From Algivirga pacifica (GTDB lineage Bacteria; Bacteroidota; Bacteroidia; Cytophagales; Flammeovirgaceae), in contig NZ_BAABJX010000017.1 in assembly GCF_039543525.1 (NCBI RefSeq), positions 117,047 through 181,046 on the forward strand: a DNA stretch of 64,000 bases, in the 5' to 3' direction. The notes under the pieces are model-generated. The model was given only the letters and a program-made list of their open reading frames with translations, made no database searches and was not told the origin of the DNA. The number at the start of each line of letters is the position of its first letter. Position 1 is the stretch's first letter. Below are positions 29,236 through 38,542 of this stretch, one piece after another. The translations under genes were made by a program, and so were the position numbers.

Positions 29236-29862
29236 TTGTAATTTACTGAGTAGGTTTTGCATGGTTTTTAAAGGTGTTCTTGCTGTAGACATATCAGATA
29301 ACCAAGATGGAATTTTTCCACCAGGATCCGTACTGGCTTGATACGTAATGGTAAACCATTCATTTTCTTGTACCAGTTCCCAAAAACCGGAGAACTTGCC
29401 GATACGCGTAAACCCCTTGTGCTCTGGAAGGAAATCAGGAGCAGCTTGTTGGTATACAATCACACTGTCTATACTTTCTTCCATTTGTACATTTAAAATA
29501 AGATCTCGATTACTTACGGGCCAAGGAGCGTCGTAAGTAGTATAATGATAATAAGACTCTTCTTCAGTACTGATTAGCTTGCTTTGATTGCAGGCAGGCA
29601 TCCAGCTTTGATAAGAGTTAAAGTCCAATAAGATTCCTTTTGCTTTTTCCAGATAACTCCCTTTAATGCGGGCGATGACCTTGAATTCCTTGAAGCAAGA
29701 AGAAGGGTGAGGACGGTTGTATACTTCAATGTTATCGGCTTGGTTTACGAGTTCCCATGGTTGGTTTTCCTGGGCTTGTACTTCTAGAGTAGTGAGTAAT
29801 AGTATTAGTAATCCGAGGGTTATTCCGCTGGACTTTTTCATAGTTAATCGAAGGATAGTCAT
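29233..29862 (-). CDS. Secreted START/Bet v1-like lipid-binding domain protein
   Basis: Signal peptide; pattern W..V…VY…FK.…D…Y..W…C..SK.I……YY…DAPWPVSNRD matches bacterial START domains. Confidence 0.45.
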   Translation of the reverse strand: MTILRLTMKKSSGITLGLLILLLTTLEVQAQENQPWELVNQADNIEVYNRPHPSSCFKEFKVIARIKGSYLEKAKGILLDFNSYQSWMPACNQSKLISTEEESYYHYTTYDAPWPVSNRDLILNVQMEESIDSVIVYQQAAPDFLPEHKGFTRIGKFSGFWELVQENEWFTITYQASTDPGGKIPSWLSDMSTARTPLKTMQNLLSKLQ

Positions 29863-30165
29863 TGGTTAATAAATGATGTGCAAGATCCAAAATAACGGAA
29901 AGGAATGTATTCACTGTACTTGTGTAGTGTATTCTATAGAATTGTATTTTACGGTATTAATAGATGTTTTTAACTGAATGTTTAAATGTGATTTTTCAAA
30001 TAAAAAATTGCACAGATCGATTGATTGATTTTTTAATTGTATATAATCTTATTGCATTTTGTAACTATCTTAGAATTTTGTTCGTAATTAGTATTTATGT
30101 GAGATATGGTATTTCTCTTTAGATAGAGAAAGTAGAGATCGAGCTAGACTAAATAACGAATAACA

Positions 30166-30792
30166 ATGGATTTTTTATATGCAGCCTTACAACCAATAAA
30201 CCTTCCATTTACCGCACTAATGGCCTTTGTACTACTTTATTGGTTAAGTGTTTTGGTGGGAGTATTGGATCTGGATACTCTGGATGTTGATCTGGACGTG
30301 GATGCGGATACTGATGTAGATACAGACGTTCATTTGGATGGAAATGCATTTGCACAAGTACTTCACTTTTTCAACGTAGGGGAGATGCCAATCATGATCA
30401 TCTGTAGCTTTTGGTTTCTTTTCATGTGGGTGATTTCCATTTTTTCCAATCATTTTATGGATAACCAAAGTGGAATTGTGGCTATGGGATTAGCTTTTCC
30501 AAATATTGTGTTATCCTTATTCCTGACCAAGTTTTCTACTTGGCCATTTAAGCGTATTTTTCAGCAGATGACACAAGCGGAAGATACCTCTGCTGTGGGT
30601 AAGGAATGTGAGTTGATCTTGCCAGTATCAGCAGAGCGTATGGGACAAGCGAGAGTACAGGCAGGGAGTTATCATCAGACCATTTATGTCAAGACGGCAG
30701 ATGAAAGTATGATTTTACCCAAGGGTAAAAAGGCTTTGGTTATCGCCTATGACGAAACGGAAAAGTGCTATTGGATAGAACCAGTTTTTTAA
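30166..30792 (+). CDS. YqiJ/NfeD-like membrane protein (TM helices + acidic DxD repeats + C-terminal OB-like beta domain)
   Basis: 208 aa (E. coli YqiJ is 209 aa); two TM regions, LDLDTLDVDLDVDADTDVDTDVHLD repeat, C-terminal beta-rich tail; immediately upstream of flotillin. Confidence 0.6.
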   Translation: MDFLYAALQPINLPFTALMAFVLLYWLSVLVGVLDLDTLDVDLDVDADTDVDTDVHLDGNAFAQVLHFFNVGEMPIMIICSFWFLFMWVISIFSNHFMDNQSGIVAMGLAFPNIVLSLFLTKFSTWPFKRIFQQMTQAEDTSAVGKECELILPVSAERMGQARVQAGSYHQTIYVKTADESMILPKGKKALVIAYDETEKCYWIEPVF

Positions 30793-30935
30793 AAATTAGA
30801 ATCTTTAATTACATATTCTTTAATAATAATTTGCTTTCAGAATAAAGTATACGATGGGTGGAGCCTACTCTTCCTTGTAGCGGATACCTATTGCCCATAC
30901 TTTTTTCGCACACCTTTTAACCATTACATTTAAAC

Positions 30936-33065
30936 ATGATACAAGAAGGATTACTCATTAGTGTCGGTATGGTTGTACTGATTGTTTTTGGTACACTAGC
31001 CATGATTGCTAAATTCTATAAGAAGGTACCTCAAGGTAAGGCATTAGTTCGTACCGGTATGGGGGGCTTGAAAGTCTCTTTTCAAGGAATTATTGTTGTG
31101 CCTGTGATCCATAAGTCAGAGGTGATGGATATCTCCCTAAAAACGATTGAAATTAATCGTGAAGGAAAACAAGGCTTGATTTGTAGGGATAATATGAGAG
31201 CAGATATTCGTGTAGCTTTCTATGTTAGGGTCAATAATGATGAGAAAGATGTCGCTAACGTAGCACAGACTATAGGTTGTGAGCGTGCTTCAGATAAAGA
31301 CTTACTGGAAACTATTTTTGAATCCAAGTTCTCGGAAGCCCTGAAGACGGTCGGTAAACGATTTGAGTTTGTAGATCTATACAGCTCAAGAGATGAGTTC
31401 AAGCAAGAAGTAATCAATATTATTGGTACTGATCTAAACGGATATGTTTTAGATGATTGTGCGATAGATTACTTAGAGCAGACTCCTTTAGAATACCTTG
31501 ATCCGGATAATATTCTGGATGCAGAAGGCATCAAGAAAATCACGGACCTTACTGCTGCCCAAAAGATTCAGGCAAACCTGGTGAAGAACGATGAGATGAA
31601 ACGCATCAAGAAGCAGGATGTAGAGGGTAAGGAAGCTGTTTTGGCTCTGGAAAGACAACAAATTGAAGCAGAGGAAAAACAACGCAGGGAGATTGCAGAA
31701 GTGAGGGCAAGGGAACGCTCTTCATCAGAAAGGGTAGAACAGGAAGAACGTTTAAAAGCAGAGCAAGCACGTATACAGTCTGATGAAGAACTGGAAGTGT
31801 TGGAGGAAAATAAGAAAAGACAAGTGCTTGTTGCTGAAAAAAATAAGGAAAGAACGGAAGCGCTTGAAAATGAGCGTATAGAGAAAGAGCGTGAGCTTGC
31901 AATGAATGAGCGTGAGCGTGTGGTAGAGCTAGCGAAAATTGAAAAAGAAAGAGCGCTGGAAGAAGAGCGTAAGAGTATTCAGGATGTTATTCGTGAACGT
32001 ATTGCTGTACAGAAGGCCGTGGTGATGGAGGAAGAGCGTATCAAGGATACACAGGCATTGGCTGAGGCAGATCGTAAGAAAGCTGTGGCCATCAAAGAAG
32101 CAGAGCAAAAAGCAGAAGAAGGGCTAGTGCAGCAAATGAAGGCGGCAGAAGCTGCGAAAGAAGCTGCTAAGTTGATTGCAGAGCAGAAGAAAGTAGAGGC
32201 CGAAACAGAATACCAGACGTCTACACAAAAAGCGGAGTCCATGAAGATTCTGGCAGAGGCGAAATCAGCAGAGATTGCAGCACAAGGATTGGCAGAAGCA
32301 CAAGTAATAGAGGCAAGAGCCGCAGCCAAAGAAAAAGAAGCAGAAGCAGAAGCAAAAGGTATTGCACTCAATGCAGAGGCCGAAGCCGAAGCAAAGAAGC
32401 AAATGGGAGAGGCAGAAGCAAGCAATACAAAACTATTGATGATTGCAGAAGCAGAAGGTATGGAAGTGAAAGCCAAGGCAATCGAGCAGGAAGGACTGGC
32501 AGAAGCATTGGTACTGAAAGAGAAAGCAATGGTGGAGGCACAACGTATAGAAGCCGAAGCCGAAGCGATGAAGCACCTGGACAATGCAACCATTGCCCTG
32601 GAGCAATTCAAGTTGAAACTGAATACAGAGAAAGAAGTAGCCTTGGCACAATTGGAAATGCAGCGTGAGCTTACACAAGCACAGGCAGGTGTAATGGCAG
32701 AGGCTATGAAATCAGCGAATATTGATATTGTTGGTGGAGAAGCAGCCTTCCTTGATCGTATCATGGGATCAATCTCCATGGGTAAATCCGTAGATAAGTT
32801 CATGAGCAATAGTGAGACGATGCAGGAAGTGAAAGCAAATCTGCTGAATGGAGAGAATGGAAATGTGATCGAAAAAGTAAGAGGGTATATTGATCAGTTC
32901 GGCTTGGGTACAGAGGATATCAAAAACCTGAGTATCGCTGCCCTGCTAAACAAGATGTCCAACATGACAGAGGACAAGCAACAACAGAATGTTTTGCAAT
33001 CAGCCTTGAAGAATGCCACTGACATGGGGGTTTCTCAATCACTGGTAGGAGACTGGTTAAGGTAA
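30936..33065 (+). CDS. Flotillin-like SPFH/band-7 protein (YqiK-like) with extended coiled-coil
   Basis: N-terminal TM + SPFH domain (KFYKKVPQGKALVRTGMGG…), then ~400 aa E/A/K/R-rich coiled-coil with EAEAEA repeats. Confidence 0.85.
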   Translation: MIQEGLLISVGMVVLIVFGTLAMIAKFYKKVPQGKALVRTGMGGLKVSFQGIIVVPVIHKSEVMDISLKTIEINREGKQGLICRDNMRADIRVAFYVRVNNDEKDVANVAQTIGCERASDKDLLETIFESKFSEALKTVGKRFEFVDLYSSRDEFKQEVINIIGTDLNGYVLDDCAIDYLEQTPLEYLDPDNILDAEGIKKITDLTAAQKIQANLVKNDEMKRIKKQDVEGKEAVLALERQQIEAEEKQRREIAEVRARERSSSERVEQEERLKAEQARIQSDEELEVLEENKKRQVLVAEKNKERTEALENERIEKERELAMNERERVVELAKIEKERALEEERKSIQDVIRERIAVQKAVVMEEERIKDTQALAEADRKKAVAIKEAEQKAEEGLVQQMKAAEAAKEAAKLIAEQKKVEAETEYQTSTQKAESMKILAEAKSAEIAAQGLAEAQVIEARAAAKEKEAEAEAKGIALNAEAEAEAKKQMGEAEASNTKLLMIAEAEGMEVKAKAIEQEGLAEALVLKEKAMVEAQRIEAEAEAMKHLDNATIALEQFKLKLNTEKEVALAQLEMQRELTQAQAGVMAEAMKSANIDIVGGEAAFLDRIMGSISMGKSVDKFMSNSETMQEVKANLLNGENGNVIEKVRGYIDQFGLGTEDIKNLSIAALLNKMSNMTEDKQQQNVLQSALKNATDMGVSQSLVGDWLR

Positions 33066-33068
33066 GGT

Positions 33069-33295
33069 GTTGAATCGTTGAATTGTTTAATGATAACTGG
33101 TCGTAGGCTGATAACTGGTCGTAGCGTCCACGCTGATAACTGGTCGTAGGCTCCAGCCTACGACCCACCAGCGATTTCACGGAGGCTCCAGCCTCCAGTT
33201 TCACATTACTGGTCTTTGCGTCCTCGCAAAGACCAAACCATCAATTGAGCGTCCACGCTCAAGAATGCTACCATTCTACCAATAAAACACATCGC
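33069..33295. repeat. Composite intergenic repeat (GTTGAATCGTTGAAT arm, 3x GATAACTGGTCGTAG, 2x GCGTCCACGCT, 10-bp palindrome GGTCTTTGCG/CGCAAAGACC)
   Basis: Direct and inverted repeats visible in sequence; shares the 15-mer arm with MITE copies elsewhere in window. Confidence 0.6.
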
Positions 33296-33303
33296 ATAAC
33301 GCT

Positions 33304-36300
33304 ATGGAAACAACAAGTACTACTCCCTCAGCTACCGAAAATTCCCAGATCTTAGATGCTGGGACCTATGAAATACTCCGAAAACGATTAAATGTACAGG
33401 CAGATGGCTTACAGCAGCGTTTACAGCAGTTAAACGAAGCCCGGAAAGAAGTCTTCGGGGCGATGGAAGCTCGCTTGATTGCCACCGAGCGTATTGCCAC
33501 GGACCATAACTGTGTGCCTCGTGATATGGTGCCTTTGTCCAATGGCTTGTTTCTGTTTGGGTATAATGTGCACATGGGCTTAAAGCAAGAGGTGGCACTC
33601 AAGGATGTTTTTAGTATTTATGAATATAGAAAAGAAGACCATTCCTTTCACCCCAAAGAGCTAGGAGGATTAAGTGTAGAGGCATTTCACAAAGACTTTA
33701 CAGAGCTCTATAAGTATTATAAGGATACCGTATTCTCCAAGTTTTTTGTGCAGGGACCACATCTGTACATGGTTTTCCAGATTGGAAAAACGGCTAAAGA
33801 TATTAAGGCCTTCAAGTGGTTACTACAAGCTGACGGATTGACGTACGTGGATAACCGTAGCGACCACGAAATACAGTACCCCCGACAGCATGAGTTTGAG
33901 TGGAAACGAACCTCCCGAGATTTTCATAGGGAAGGGGCACACCCTCATATCTCTATTGAGGATAGGGTATTCGTAGAAACTGTAGGAGGTGACCTGACCA
34001 TAAAGGTGGAAGACAATACGGATACTGGAGAGGGAATCTATGCAGAGGAAGTAGAGCTAAAGGAACAGACACTGGATGATGCGGATATTTACTATGCGGA
34101 TCTGGGAAATCTGATTCTGTTGAAGATTAGACCATTTCAGGAAAAACAATGGCGTTATATCGTATTCAATGAGAAGCTGAAAACAGCGAAACGCATTGAT
34201 GCCATAGAAGATGCTTGTGTCCTTTTGCCGGATGATCAGGGAATTGTTTTTTCCAATGGATATTACCTGCAAACAGGAGATTATAAAGAATTTGATAGTG
34301 AGCTCACGGGGTTACATTTTGAGCGTCGGATGCATTCTCCCAATGGAGAAGATCATTTGTACGTATTTTACCAACCGGTATTAGGGGAGTATGTACTCTT
34401 GTCCTATAATGTCATTGCACAAGAAATAGAGGCACCTATCGTATGTCATGGTTTTTCTTTTTTCCGAAATGGTGAACTGGCCTATTTCAAGACCGATAAT
34501 GAACCAAAGAAAAACCATGGGATACAGGTATGGCAAACGCCTTACTGTCACCCTGATTTTGTGCAACCTACGGAGCATGCCGATAGCTTCTTATTTAAGT
34601 TGGGAAATAAGGAGATCGTAAGGGGGATGGCCGATGGATATGCCTTATTAAACCTTTGTCGAAAAGAGGATTCTTATGAGGGATTGTACGCAGATATTGC
34701 GAAGCAAGCCATGTCTCTCACCGATAACTACTATTGGACAGCCAAGGAAGAGGCTTTTACCTTACAGGCCTCTTTGGAGGAAATTCGTACTACAGCCACC
34801 ACGGCGATTGAGGAGTTTGAAAAAGTAGAACGTCAACGAAAGGAAGCAGCCGTAAAAACCAACGCTTTTGAAGAGCAAGCCACACAGCTGCTTCGAAAAG
34901 TAGAACGTCACCATTATCAACATATCGATGATTTTGTCCAAAGTCTAATTTCATTAAGAACCCTTAGAGGAGAAGCGATTTCCTTGAAGGAGGTACGTTA
35001 TATTGACTTGGCATTGCTGGAGGGGTATGAGAAGAAACTTTCTGAGAAAACAGACCTACTTTCCCAAAAGTGCGTATCCTTTCTACTGGAAGAGGAAGCT
35101 CTGCAACCTTATCGAGATAAGGTGATTACCGTACAGGAAGCAACGGAACAAGTAGATAAAGTAACCGAGGCAGATGCAACGGCCAATGAGATTGCCAATG
35201 TGGGAGGAGAGTTGGAGTTGATGATTGAGATCGTCTCCAACCTTAAGATTGAGGATGCGACACAAACCACTCGTATCATTGACGATATTTCGGATATCTA
35301 TGCACAGCTCAACCACGTAAAAGCTCGCTTGAAGGCCAAGCGTAAAGAGTTACTGGGGACGGAGGCGGTTGCTGAGTTCAAGGCCCAAATGAAGTTGTTG
35401 GGGCAATCTGTCGTGAACTACCTGGATGTAGCAGATACCCCTCAGAAATGTGAGGAGTACCTGACCCGTATCATGGTGCAACTGGAAGAGGTAGAAGGAA
35501 AGTTTACGGACTTTGAGGAGTTTTTGGAAGAACTTTCGGCTAAGAGAGAGGAAGTATACTCTGCCTTTGAGACCCGAAAGACCCAGTTACAAGAAGCGAG
35601 GAATAAGCGTAGCGCCGCTATGGTTGCTGCAGCGGAACGTATCCTGAAAGGAATTGGCAATAAGCTAAAAGGCTTCAAGGAAATCGCAGAGATCAATGCC
35701 CACTTTGCTGCCGATATGATGGTGGATAAGGTAAGGGACTTGATTGAGAAGCTGCATGAAATGGAGGAATCCAACAAGGCAGAGGACTTACAGAGTCAGC
35801 TGAAAACCTTAAAGGAGGACGCCGTCCGACAATTGAAAGACAAGCAAGACCTTTTTGTGGAGGGGGAGAATGTCATCAAACTGGGACGTCACCACTTTGC
35901 CATCAATACCCAGGAACTTGATGCTTCTATTGTGCAGAAGGGGGAAGATATGTTCTATCATCTGACGGGTACCCAGTTTTATGAAAAGATAGAGGACAAG
36001 CCATTACTGGATACCCGTTCCGTATGGAACCAAAGTCTTCCTTCCGAAAATCAAGAGGTGTATAGGGGAGAGTTCTTGTCCTATCAGATGCTTACAGCCA
36101 TGATAGGACAGCAGTTGCCGTATACGGTACAAGACTTTCTGGAGATGGAGACGAGTGAGCAACTGAAGTCGGTACAAACGTTTATGGCACCTCGTTATCA
36201 AGAAGGCTATAACAAAGGGGTACATGATCAGGATGCTTTACAAATACTAAAAGTACTCTTGACGATTTATCAACAGATAGGCTTACTGAGATATGGCCCA

Positions 36301-38235
36301 GCGAGCAGGGCTTGTGCTTATCTGTTCTGGGAAAAATTCTTGAGCAAAGAAGAAAAGCAACTGTTCAAAAATAGAATTGAAGGAGCAGGACTGATCTTGC
36401 AGGTATTTCCAGATGCGCAGGAATATAAAGAGCTGTTGTTTGATCTGGAAACAGGGATCGCGACTTTCCTTGCAGAGACCGATTTATTTGAAACCACAGT
36501 ACTTAAACAGGCAGCCGAATACCTTTTCCATCAGTTGGTCACTACGGATCATTTTGTAAGTAGTAAAGAGGCTTATACTTGCTATGTTGATTTCTATAAA
36601 TACCTAAAATTAAAGAGAGTAGAGAAGGATTTTGAGGGTGCGCTTAAAAAATTAAAACAGGCGAAAATAGTACATCAAGTAGATTTACTTAGAGGATGGG
36701 TCAATGCTTTTATGACCACATTGGATACTTATAGTAGGGAAGAGTTGTCTCCGTATAAAGAGGAGATCGTCACTTTGCTATTATCTGAAAAGGTAGAGGC
36801 TTCCAATGTGCAGGAAGTAGTGGTACGTGAGACGGTAAAAGGATTGGCAGGGGATCATTCCGTGATTCAACAAGGAGAATACTTGTTGGACTATAATGCT
36901 TTTATAGACCGCTTGATGACCTATGAGTTGCGAACATTACCACAGTACCATGCTTATTTACAAGTGAAAAATGAGTTGGTGACGACCTTTAAGAAGGCAG
37001 TAAAGTTGGAGAGCTTTAAGCCAAGGGTATTATCTTCTTTTGTTCGTAATAAACTGATCAACGAAGTATACCTTCCATTGATGGGTGATAACCTGGCGAA
37101 GCAGATGGGTACGGTAGGAGAGAACAAGCGTACCGATTTGATGGGACTGTTATTATTATTATCTCCTCCGGGATATGGAAAAACAACTTTAATGGAGTAC
37201 GTAGCCAGTAGGTTGGGACTCATATTTATGAAGATCAATGGTCCGGCAATAGGGCATCAAGTGACTTCCTTGGACCCTTCTGAAGCACCGAATGCCACAG
37301 CGAAAGAGGAGCTGGAAAAGCTTAATTTGTCCTTTGAAATGGGGGATAATGTAATGATTTACCTGGATGATATTCAGCACTGTAATCCGGAGTTGCTACA
37401 GAAATTCATCTCCCTTTGTGATGGGCAGCGAAAGATTGAGGGAGTCTATAAAGGCATTACTCGCACCTATGATTTTAGAGGAAAGAAAGTGTGTGTAGTT
37501 ATGGCAGGGAACCCTTATACAGAAACGGGAGAGAAGTTCCAGATTCCGGATATGTTGGCGAACCGTGCCGATACCTATAACCTGGGAGAGATTATCGGTG
37601 ATTCGGATGAGGCCTTTAAGTTGAGTTATATAGAGAACTCCATTACCTCCAATCCTACGTTAAGTAGTTTGAATACGGTGAGTAAGGAAGACCTATACAA
37701 CTTGATACAAGTGGCCCGTACCGGAAGTAGAGAAGGAATTACGTTTGAGAGTAACTTTTCTGGAGATGCCGTGGATGAGTATGTCAATGTATTGAAGAAG
37801 ATGCTGAAAGTACAAGACGTAGTACTTAAGGTGAACCAGCAATACGTACGTTCTGCCGCTCAAGAGGATGCTTATCGAACAGAGCCAGCCTTTAAGTTGC
37901 AAGGGTCTTATCGAAATATGAATAAGCTGGCAGAGAAGGTCGTTCCCGTGATGAATGAAGAAGAGTTGGACACCTTGTTGCTATCCCATTATGAGGGAGA
38001 GTCCCAAACATTGACGACCGGAGCAGAAGCCAATATGCTTAAGTTCAAAGAAATGATGGGGTGGTTGACGGAGGGAGAAGCCCAACGTTGGGAGAGTATC
38101 AAGCAGCAGTTCTGTGAGCAACTGAAGGTGAATACCTTGGGAGACCAGGCACAAACACAGGAACTCATGCAGCAAATCAAGGCATTGACCATAGGGTTGC
38201 AAGGCATTCAAAATGCCATCGAAAATAAAAAATAG
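33304..38235 (+). CDS. Giant (1643 aa) protein with single C-terminal AAA_5/MoxR-class ATPase module; N-terminal ~1200 aa unrecognised (beta-rich then helical/coiled-coil)
   Basis: Walker A LLLLSPPGYGKTTLMEY, Walker B VMIYLDDIQ, sensor-1 KVCVVMAGNPY, Arg in PDMLANRADTYNL; uninterrupted 4.9-kb ORF. Confidence 0.7.
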   Translation: METTSTTPSATENSQILDAGTYEILRKRLNVQADGLQQRLQQLNEARKEVFGAMEARLIATERIATDHNCVPRDMVPLSNGLFLFGYNVHMGLKQEVALKDVFSIYEYRKEDHSFHPKELGGLSVEAFHKDFTELYKYYKDTVFSKFFVQGPHLYMVFQIGKTAKDIKAFKWLLQADGLTYVDNRSDHEIQYPRQHEFEWKRTSRDFHREGAHPHISIEDRVFVETVGGDLTIKVEDNTDTGEGIYAEEVELKEQTLDDADIYYADLGNLILLKIRPFQEKQWRYIVFNEKLKTAKRIDAIEDACVLLPDDQGIVFSNGYYLQTGDYKEFDSELTGLHFERRMHSPNGEDHLYVFYQPVLGEYVLLSYNVIAQEIEAPIVCHGFSFFRNGELAYFKTDNEPKKNHGIQVWQTPYCHPDFVQPTEHADSFLFKLGNKEIVRGMADGYALLNLCRKEDSYEGLYADIAKQAMSLTDNYYWTAKEEAFTLQASLEEIRTTATTAIEEFEKVERQRKEAAVKTNAFEEQATQLLRKVERHHYQHIDDFVQSLISLRTLRGEAISLKEVRYIDLALLEGYEKKLSEKTDLLSQKCVSFLLEEEALQPYRDKVITVQEATEQVDKVTEADATANEIANVGGELELMIEIVSNLKIEDATQTTRIIDDISDIYAQLNHVKARLKAKRKELLGTEAVAEFKAQMKLLGQSVVNYLDVADTPQKCEEYLTRIMVQLEEVEGKFTDFEEFLEELSAKREEVYSAFETRKTQLQEARNKRSAAMVAAAERILKGIGNKLKGFKEIAEINAHFAADMMVDKVRDLIEKLHEMEESNKAEDLQSQLKTLKEDAVRQLKDKQDLFVEGENVIKLGRHHFAINTQELDASIVQKGEDMFYHLTGTQFYEKIEDKPLLDTRSVWNQSLPSENQEVYRGEFLSYQMLTAMIGQQLPYTVQDFLEMETSEQLKSVQTFMAPRYQEGYNKGVHDQDALQILKVLLTIYQQIGLLRYGPASRACAYLFWEKFLSKEEKQLFKNRIEGAGLILQVFPDAQEYKELLFDLETGIATFLAETDLFETTVLKQAAEYLFHQLVTTDHFVSSKEAYTCYVDFYKYLKLKRVEKDFEGALKKLKQAKIVHQVDLLRGWVNAFMTTLDTYSREELSPYKEEIVTLLLSEKVEASNVQEVVVRETVKGLAGDHSVIQQGEYLLDYNAFIDRLMTYELRTLPQYHAYLQVKNELVTTFKKAVKLESFKPRVLSSFVRNKLINEVYLPLMGDNLAKQMGTVGENKRTDLMGLLLLLSPPGYGKTTLMEYVASRLGLIFMKINGPAIGHQVTSLDPSEAPNATAKEELEKLNLSFEMGDNVMIYLDDIQHCNPELLQKFISLCDGQRKIEGVYKGITRTYDFRGKKVCVVMAGNPYTETGEKFQIPDMLANRADTYNLGEIIGDSDEAFKLSYIENSITSNPTLSSLNTVSKEDLYNLIQVARTGSREGITFESNFSGDAVDEYVNVLKKMLKVQDVVLKVNQQYVRSAAQEDAYRTEPAFKLQGSYRNMNKLAEKVVPVMNEEELDTLLLSHYEGESQTLTTGAEANMLKFKEMMGWLTEGEAQRWESIKQQFCEQLKVNTLGDQAQTQELMQQIKALTIGLQGIQNAIENKK

Positions 38236-38298
38236 AACGTAACTTCTGTACGTTTTGCGATTATATATTTGGTTCGTAGGAATGTGATTGTCAACGAT

Positions 38299-38501
38299 GA
38301 ATAAATAACTGTCATACTACCAACTAGCTTTGTTGAATCCGTTACACGGCGTCTCGAATTGAGCTTTGCTCGTTGAATCGTTGATTGAAACCTTACTAAG
38401 GTAATCAAACAACAATTCAACTCGAATCAACGAATCAACTCACCGAAGGTGAAATTCAACGATTCAACAAAGCTGACTAGTAGTATGATAGTTAATTATT
38501 C
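38299..38501. mobile_element. MITE-like element, copy 1 (TIR GAATAAATAACTGTCATACTAC / GAATAATTAACTATCATACTAC)
   Basis: ~22-bp terminal inverted repeats plus subterminal GTTGAATCGTTGAT / ATTCAACGATTCAAC arms; near-identical organisation at 59118..59333. Confidence 0.6.
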
Positions 38502-38542
38502 ACCCTATAGAGCAAATTGTTTTTTAACCAATTAATTTTTTC

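Noticed and set aside
31979-32809. 276-aa Ala/Ser/Cys-rich minus-strand ORF (plus several 60-100-aa ORFs) antisense to the flotillin gene
   Set aside because: Artifact of the GC-rich GAAGC/GCAGA coiled-coil coding repeats on the opposite strand; no start context, low-complexity translation.
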